64,000 nucleotides of DNA, from contig OX597816.1 in assembly GCA_951406725.2 (NCBI GenBank), forward strand, positions 50,034,001 to 50,098,000, given 5' to 3'. Position 1 is the first letter of the stretch, and every line of letters begins with the position of its first letter. Below, one piece after another: positions 57,101 through 64,000 of this stretch. Made by a program: the position numbers and the translations under genes. The notes beneath the pieces were generated by a model, which searched no databases, was not told where the DNA came from, and saw only the letters and a list, made by a program, of their open reading frames with translations. This stretch comes from Octopus vulgaris (Eukaryota).

Positions 57101-57416
57101 GCCAGAGTATCATGCCACAACAGAATGTCAGGTCAAGAACGACCAACCTGCCTTCTGTGTCAGAAAAAAACAACTTTTTCTCGGCTACCCAGTTTCTTTT
57201 TAGTAGGACCAATACCCCACCCCATCTCCCACTCGACTCGGAGAAACGTATTTCTCATAGTCGTTCAAGAGGGGGAGCAGATCTTGGCCCCTTTATCCGG
57301 GTTTCTCTTACAACAATCACATCCAATTTTCTTGACCAGATGTCATTTAGGAAGCGACCTTGCTTCCAGCTAGACATCAGGCCACGAACATTTACACAAC
57401 TAATGTGAATAGACAT
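54190..57416 (-). pseudogene. ORF2 (APE endonuclease and reverse transcriptase), interrupted
   Basis: APE: MSIHISCVNVRGL, LVLIGDFN, TWSNSDGSSR, SGYWKIN. RT: ENFRPITLLNAEVKILAKVLA, QTCAIPGR, SVRQGCPLSPLLY, AYVDD, KINREKS. Several stops and frameshifts. Confidence 0.9.
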
Positions 57417-57549
57417 AACTTACCTGTTTATCTGGGGAAAAAGACACTCCACCTTTTCTTGACACAGGGTCAGAAGTGGCACGTTTTTGAAAATAGATTG
57501 ATTAAAATCCAGTCTTATTACCGATACGTACTTTCTATAAGTATTTAAT

Positions 57550-58660
57550 AAAATATTATGAGTCTGCTTATCCATTTCATATTGTTCCTAATTTTTATAT
57601 TTGTCCGAAAGTCCTGCTATCCTGGTGGCTGATTTTTTGTTTTTATCTCTCTCATGAAATCATCATTTTTGTTATGTAGTGTCACAATCCCTCTCTCCGC
57701 TACTTCTTTCTTTGTTATTTTTGGTTGGACACTTTTTGCTGTCGTGGTTCTTCTGGTTTTGGTTGGTTTTCATTTTTCATTTTTCTTTTGCTAGTAACAT
57801 TCTTTTCTTCTGTTTGTTTTTCCTTCTCTTCCTCTTCGTCTTCAGATTCCTCCTCGCCTTCCTTACAGTATTTTTTTATATGGCCCACATGGCCATACTG
57901 AAAACATTGGGGTTTACGACCCTCGACAAAAACGTCGAGGAACTCCTCCCCAACTTCTGTTTTTTTTCTGGAAGCTGTTCAAATACAGCCTGTTCTGCTT
58001 GAACAGGTGGACCGTGTGGCCGGTTCAATTTGCCTTTTCTGAAACGGTAGCCTGAAGTATTGTTACCTCATCTACTGTTTTTGCCAGAACTGGTGCCATC
58101 AACCACATAGGATCGACTTGAGGTGGAACCTTTGGTATTCGTATTTTGGATGTCCTCATACCCATGTATATTGGCATTCAAATCACGTCTTCTGTTTCCC
58201 AGGATTTTACCTTGTGCAATTGTGCAGTTTCAATCTTTTTTAGGCGTACCTCGATGGTATCAAACTTTTTTCCTCTGGCTAGATATGTTATATCCTGTGC
58301 GTTAAACATTTTTCTACCTTCTCGCTTACTCGCTCGATTTTTCTTTCTTATGGGTTGTATGTTTTAAATGTAATTGCTTTTTTACTTCTCTGTCAATAAA
58401 AGCTCTTCTGGGGGTTGAACCTTGACAAAGCCGTCTTGAATTATTATCATGTCCTTTTAGATTAAATCGTCACTTTTCTTCGTCGACAGTTGGCGAGTTC
58501 TATCTCCAGCTGCAGACACAAAACTTTTTTTCTGTTTACCCTCCTCCGCTTCAAGTCCTTTCACTTCGACAGTCTTCCTTGCAACGGCAGTCCTCGAAAG
58601 TTGTGGGAATTCGCTCTCAGAAGAATCCGAAAAATCTTCCAATAATACTTTTTCCACTTT
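57550..58660 (-). pseudogene. ORF1 of the Tx1-like LINE, degraded
   Basis: KKSFVSAA motif, degenerate CCHC knuckle CFQYGHVGHIKKYC (~57865-57906) and a K/E-rich tail, upstream of ORF2. Confidence 0.6.
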
Positions 58661-60447
58661 TTGGGTCAGATTTAGAAATCTGTCAAATCCTCGTCAGATG
58701 AATACAGACTTTTTGGCATCTTGCCAGCAATTAGCTTGCCCCCTACATGGAAAAACACACAATAGTTTTCGAACAAAAACTATTATACAAATTCTAACAG
58801 AAACAGCAAATATAACAAGTAACAACACGGAAACAGTCAACAGAAACTACACTTACCATACAGACGCACTTCGGCAACAATAACAACACTTCCAATTCAA
58901 ACAAACGAAATCCCGCTAAGTGTTTCGCCCGGCGTGCTAACAATTTTACCAGCACGATCAAAATAGTGATGATGTTAACAAATCCTTAATAGTAACATTC
59001 TATGATATTGTGAATAAATAAAAAAATAAATGTATTGTGAAAGGATCTAGATGATGCATTCACCCTTAATGCTGTTGGTTTATTTTCTACCTTCAGAAAT
59101 GACAATAAACATGAATACAAGAATGATTTCAAATCGTAACTACATAATAATTATATTATTAAAATTTAATCGGCTTTCATTAATTATCTTGCTACGATAA
59201 AATTCATTTCATTTAGACACACACCGTATAAATATCTAAAGATTTTGTCATAAATATTGTACTGACGATAATATATAACAAGTTTATAAAGGTTAATCCA
59301 ACAACTATCTCTAACCATTTGGGTCATGGCTTAAACAAAATACTCACAGATTATGAAGGATTCCCGGAAAATTGCCCAAAGAATATTCTGGGATAGATTG
59401 TGACTTCTTGGAAAGCTATTGGTGTGAATAGGTGTTTTTCTTGTTGACTGGTTACACTGCACAAACGCATAATATATCTATTCCAAGAAAAAAAAGAAAA
59501 AAACAACGAACCTGCATCGAATATGAACTAATAGTTCAATATGTTATCCCATCGGTACTTCATAATTTTTTCTTGAAATACTTTTATGGGTAAATTAAAT
59601 AAGTCGGTGTTCTAAATTGATATCATGATACTTGTAGAGTTAGTAATCTAATGTTTGCATCAGTTCTGCTTTCAGTATTAGGTCGGATCTAATATCTAAC
59701 TGCAAATACATAATATGCATAGAATCTGTATTAAATTGAAAAGTTTACTTAAATGAAATTAACGATTTCTGTTATTAGCATGTGTCTGAAGCGAATAATG
59801 TCGTTAGACACTTAAGCTTGCAAAGATTATCTGCTACGCAGTTGATGAGCCATTGCAACTAACAGAAAGTGTTCATTCGAATTTTGATGCATGTTATTTA
59901 TTCTGTCGGTAGTGATTATCATGACTGCAGAGAATATTCGTTAAATCTTTAATTGCTGTCGGTCCGAATATTTAATTCATAGGGTGGAATCGCACTTCTA
60001 AAAAGCTATTCACGTGTCGAGTTACTAGTCCTCGGTTAATGAGGCTACTTCTTACATTTATAAATATGCAACTCTGATACGCAAATAGCTGGATTTCTTA
60101 TGCACTTTCTCAAGTGACAATATAAAGAAAAATTTCTGGTACTTGTAATAATCTGTAGCTTTCAGATTTTTTTTAATACTCTTTTACTTCACAACATGGA
60201 TAGCGGCAGTTTATTTTGGATTTGATTCACTCAGAATCTTGTACGAAGCGCCTCTTTCAGAATTGTTTTTTAAACAATAGACAAAGACAAATATACATAT
60301 AATTCTGATGTGTGTAGAATACATGTATGTTTCAAGAGCAATTGCGTATAACATCTGATGATTTGGACAAGAGTAACACATATTTTAGATAAAATATATA
60401 CATCAATCGAATTTGTTTGTGATCAGTATCCTTGCAGATGGATATTT

Positions 60448-60560
60448 CTGTACATTATTTACATTTGACGGATATTTGTCCTCATCTTGTTTGTTGTTGA
60501 AACAACTATTCGGCTGATATACAATCCAGCCTTCATCAGGTGTCTTGGGGGAAATTTCGA
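60448..60560 (-). mobile_element. Probable Penelope-like pLTR relic with a degenerate hammerhead ribozyme
   Basis: Minus strand ACAC-CTGATGA-A-GGCTG-(10 nt)-CAGCC-GAAT: hammerhead core with perfect stem II; the GAAA box reads GAAT. Confidence 0.55.
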
Positions 60561-60603
<43 letters not shown>

Positions 60604-60606
<3 letters not shown>

Positions 60607-62345
60607 TAGTTTTATTTTTATTTTTTTAGCGTGCTTTCACTTCACTACCGAGCGCAGCTCTGTGTGCCTTGGGTATGTGCTGTGATTTGTTGTGATGCTC
60701 TGATGGTTATTGTATGGAAAGTGTTCTGCGTAGGATGTGTGCAGTGCCTAGTAGTGCAATTTTCTGTATGTTATATGTGTTTGTAAGTCCTGGTGTTTTT
60801 GTTATGTATTTGTCTGAATATTTTTTTATCATGCCTAATGCACCTACTATGATAGGAATTGTTTCTGTTTTCAGATTCCACATTCTAGTTACCTCTATTT
60901 CCAGGTCTTTGTATTTTGAGAGTTTCTCCATTTCTTTTAGAGACACGTTGTCATCTGCCGGTACTGATACATCAATTAGAAAACATTTTTTTCTTCATGG
61001 TCTCTGACAACTATATCTGGTCTGTTGGCCTTAATTTCTCTATCTGTGTGTATCGGCATATCCCAGAGTATGGTTGCTTTCTCGTTTTCTGTGACCTTTT
61101 CTGGTGTGTGCCTATACCATCTTTTTTCTGTTGTTATTCCATAATGTTGGCATAGCTTCCAATGTATGTAAGTTCCAACTCTGTCATGTCTGTGAATATA
61201 TTCCTTCTTAGCCAGGACTGGGCAGCTAGAGATAATATGATTTATTGTTTCTTGTCCATCTCCACATATTCTGCAGTTACTTGTAATATTTCTTTTCATT
61301 ACATGTTTTTGGTAATTTCTGGTGGGGAGGCTTTGGTCTTGTGCTGCAATTAAAAATCCCTCTGTTTCTGCTTTGAGTCCTGAGCTTCTCAACCATTGCT
61401 GGGATTTTTCTTTGTCTATTTCTTTTGCGTTTAGTTTAGTCCAGTATTTACCATGAAGGGGCTTTTCTTGCCATCGTTTTATCATGGTTCTTTGCTGTTC
61501 TATTTTTAGTTTGGATTTCATTTTTTTTATAGCTTTTGTTGTTTCTTCATCTTCTTCTTCTTCTTCTTCATGTTTATTAGGTGGTATGATTTCTTGTTTG
61601 TATTTGTCAGCCTCCTTAAATACTGAGAACAGTTTTTTGTTTTGCTCGTGTTTTGCCGCTATCTGGATCAGTTTTCCTTCCTTCTGAAGTAGATATTTTT
61701 GCAGTCCTATGGTGGTTATTTTATAGTAGTTTTCCAGCTGTATAAGGCCTCTACCACCTTCTATACGTTGTATATATAGTCTTTCTATGTCAGATTTTGG
61801 GTGATGCATCCTAGATCCTGTCATTATTTTTCTTGTTTTCCTGTCTATTTTGGTCAGTTCATTTCGTGTCCAGTTAAGGATATTGTAGCTGTAACTTATA
61901 ACTGGGACAGCTAAAGTGTTGATACCTATTATCTTGTTTTTAGCATTGAGCTCTGTGTTTAGTATTGATCTAACTCGTCTATAATATTCTTTTTTTATTT
62001 TCTCTTTCATTTGTGTGTGTTGTGTCTTATCTAGTTCATGGATTCCTAAGTATTTGTAAGTTTGGCTTTGGTCTAATTCTTTTATTTCATTTGCTTCATC
62101 TAGTGTGATGTTGTTACTCTTAACTAGTTTTCCTCTTTTCATGGTTACTTTGGCGCATTTTTCTAATCCAAATTTCATATCTATTTCTTTGGTAAATCCA
62201 TGAACTGTCTTTAATAGTGTTTCCAGCTGTTTGTCATTTGCAGCGTATAGTTTTAGGTCATCCATATATAAAAGGTGGCTGATCGTTTTGCCGTAACATT
62301 TATATCCGCATCCAGTTCTATTTAGCATATCAGATAGAGGTGACA

Positions 62346-62348
<3 letters not shown>
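60604..62348 (-). mobile_element. Young 5'-truncated R4/Dong-like RLE retrotransposon, copy 1, in (TAA)n
   Basis: Long ORF plus ~100-bp 3'UTR; (ATT)n tracts on both sides (60563-60603 and 62350-62390). Confidence 0.95.
60707..62346 (-). CDS. Partial RT, zinc knuckle and REL endonuclease polyprotein (one frameshift at 60986-60992)
   Basis: SHLLYMDDLKLY (RT), MKFGLEKC, YKYLGI, RLY..EGGRG, CRICGDGQETINHIISSC (CCHC), RHD and NRPDIVV; the -1 frame continues CFLIDVSVPADD...KLSKYKDL (REL). Confidence 0.9.
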
Positions 62349-62390
<42 letters not shown>

Positions 62391-62395
62391 TTATT

Positions 62396-62814
62396 GAGTG
62401 AGAGAGTAGTGCATGCCATCAAAGTGACACCGGGATAAAATATACGAAGCCCAGCATACCCGTCTGATAGGGGCACACCAGGCACATGCATCACAACCAT
62501 ACGTGCACGACATGATGATCTCATATCAAGATAAACAGCGCATGACCTTGCAGGTGGGGCCCAGTTAGAATTTTTTTTCTGGTCGAGTAGCCCATCCAGC
62601 TCAAAAGGTCCCCGAATAAGGATTGTTTAATGATGTTGAACGAAACACCGATGTTTCCACAGGTGTATTATCCAAACCTCCAAGAATTACTTTCAACACA
62701 AGGCTATGATGCTCCTCCACTACTTCTGCTCGTGATCAGAGATGCACATATCGTCAGCCACTAAGGGACATGCTCAACTGGTTTAGGACAAACAACTGAC
62801 AAGCAAATCTGTGG
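62396..62814 (-). mobile_element. 5'-truncated copy of the non-coding (AAT)n-associated element
   Basis: Reverse complement of 38870-39264; lies between ATT tracts separating the two R4 copies. Confidence 0.8.
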
Positions 62815-62860
62815 TATTATTATTATTATTGTTATTATTATTATTGTTATTATTATTATT

Positions 62861-64000
62861 CAGTAGTTTTATTTTTATTTTTATAGCGTGCTTTCACTTC
62901 ACTACCGAGCGCAGCTCTGTGTGCCTTGGGTATGTGCTGTGATTTGTTGTGATGCTCTGATGGTTATTGTATGGAAAGTGTTCTGCGTAGGATGTGGGCA
63001 GTGCCTAGTAGTGCAATTTTCTGTATGTTATATGTGTTTGTAAGTCCTGGTGTTTTTGTTATGTATTTGTCTGAATATTTTTTTATCATGCCTAATGCAC
63101 CTACTATGATAGGAATTGTTTCTGTTTTCAGATTCCACATTCTAGTTACCTCTATTTCCAGGTCTTTGTATTTTGAGAGTTTCTCCATTTCTTTTAGAGA
63201 CACGTTGTCATCTGCCGGTATTGATACATCAATTAAAAAGCATTTTTTTCTTCATGATCTCTGACAACTATATCTGGTCTGTTGGCCTTAATTTCTCTAT
63301 CTGTGTGTATCGGCATATCCCAGAGTATGGTTGCTTTCTCGTTTTCTGTGACCTTTTCTGGTGTGTGCCTATACCATCTTTTTTCTGTTGTTATTCCATA
63401 ATGTTGGCATAGCTTCCAATGTATGTAGGTTCCAACTCTGTCATGTCTGTGAATATATTCCTTCTTAGCCAGGACTGGGCAGCTAGAGATAATATGATTT
63501 ATTGTTTCTTGTCCATCTCCACATATTCTGCAGTTACTTGTAATATTTCTTTTCATTACATGTTTTTGGTAATTTCTGGTGGGGAGGCTTTGGTCTTGTG
63601 CTGCAATTAAAAATCCCTCTGTTTCTGCTTTGAGTCCTGAGCTTCTCAACCATTGCTGGGATTTTTCTTTGTCTATTTCTTTTGCGTTTAGTTTAGTGCA
63701 GTATTTACCATGAAGGGGCTTTTCTTGCCATCGTTTTATCATGGTTCGTTGCTGTTCTGTTTTTAGTTTGGATTTCATTTGTTTTATAGCTTTTGTTGTT
63801 TCTTCATCTTCTTCTTCTTCTTCATGTTTATTAGGTGGTATGATTTCTTGTTTGTATTTGTCAGCTTCCTTAAATACTGAGAACAGTTTTTTGTTTTGCT
63901 CGTGTTTTGCCGCTATCTGGATCAGTTTTCCTTCCTTCTGAAGTAGATATTTTTGCAGTCCTATGGTGGTTATTTTATAGTAGTTTTCCAGCTGTATAAG
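62861..64000 (-). mobile_element. Young R4/Dong-like retrotransposon, copy 2 (runs off the window)
   Basis: Nearly identical to copy 1 over 1.1 kb (roughly a dozen substitutions and one codon indel by eye). Frame is open to the window edge; same 3'UTR and ATT tract. Confidence 0.95.

Larger units (their letters stand above)
53932..58901 (-). mobile_element. Near full-length, degraded L1/Tx1-clade LINE
   Basis: ORF1 and ORF2 relics; 3' end ...GTGTGCAATAAAGAAATT. 13-bp TSD CAGACGAAATGCC / CAAACGAAATCCC (11/13 identical). Confidence 0.9.

Overview
This is AT-rich, microsatellite-laden eukaryotic DNA, very likely octopus (coleoid cephalopod), judged from my recognition of its tRNA-derived SINE families. 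No confidently intact host gene is present; the window is intergenic or intronic and dominated by mobile elements. Retroelements: several R4/Dong-type (RLE) non-LTR elements sitting in (TAA)n tracts, including two near-identical young copies at 60.6-64 kb; a near full-length but degraded L1/Tx1-clade LINE (53.9-58.9 kb) plus a truncated relative (37-38.6 kb); many SINEs; Penelope-like relics. DNA elements: decayed Tc1/mariner (maT-like) and Chapaev3-like transposases, MITEs, a Helitron-like element and a 905-bp foldback element. The most interesting signal is at 53.1-59.0 kb. There the Tx1-like LINE and a SINE variant carrying the LINE's 3' tail have both inserted at the same nucleotide inside the tRNA-like head of one SINE family, suggesting a site-specific, self-targeting LINE/SINE system. 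Most long ORFs in the supplied track are microsatellite artefacts. All family assignments come from motif recognition by eye, not database searches.
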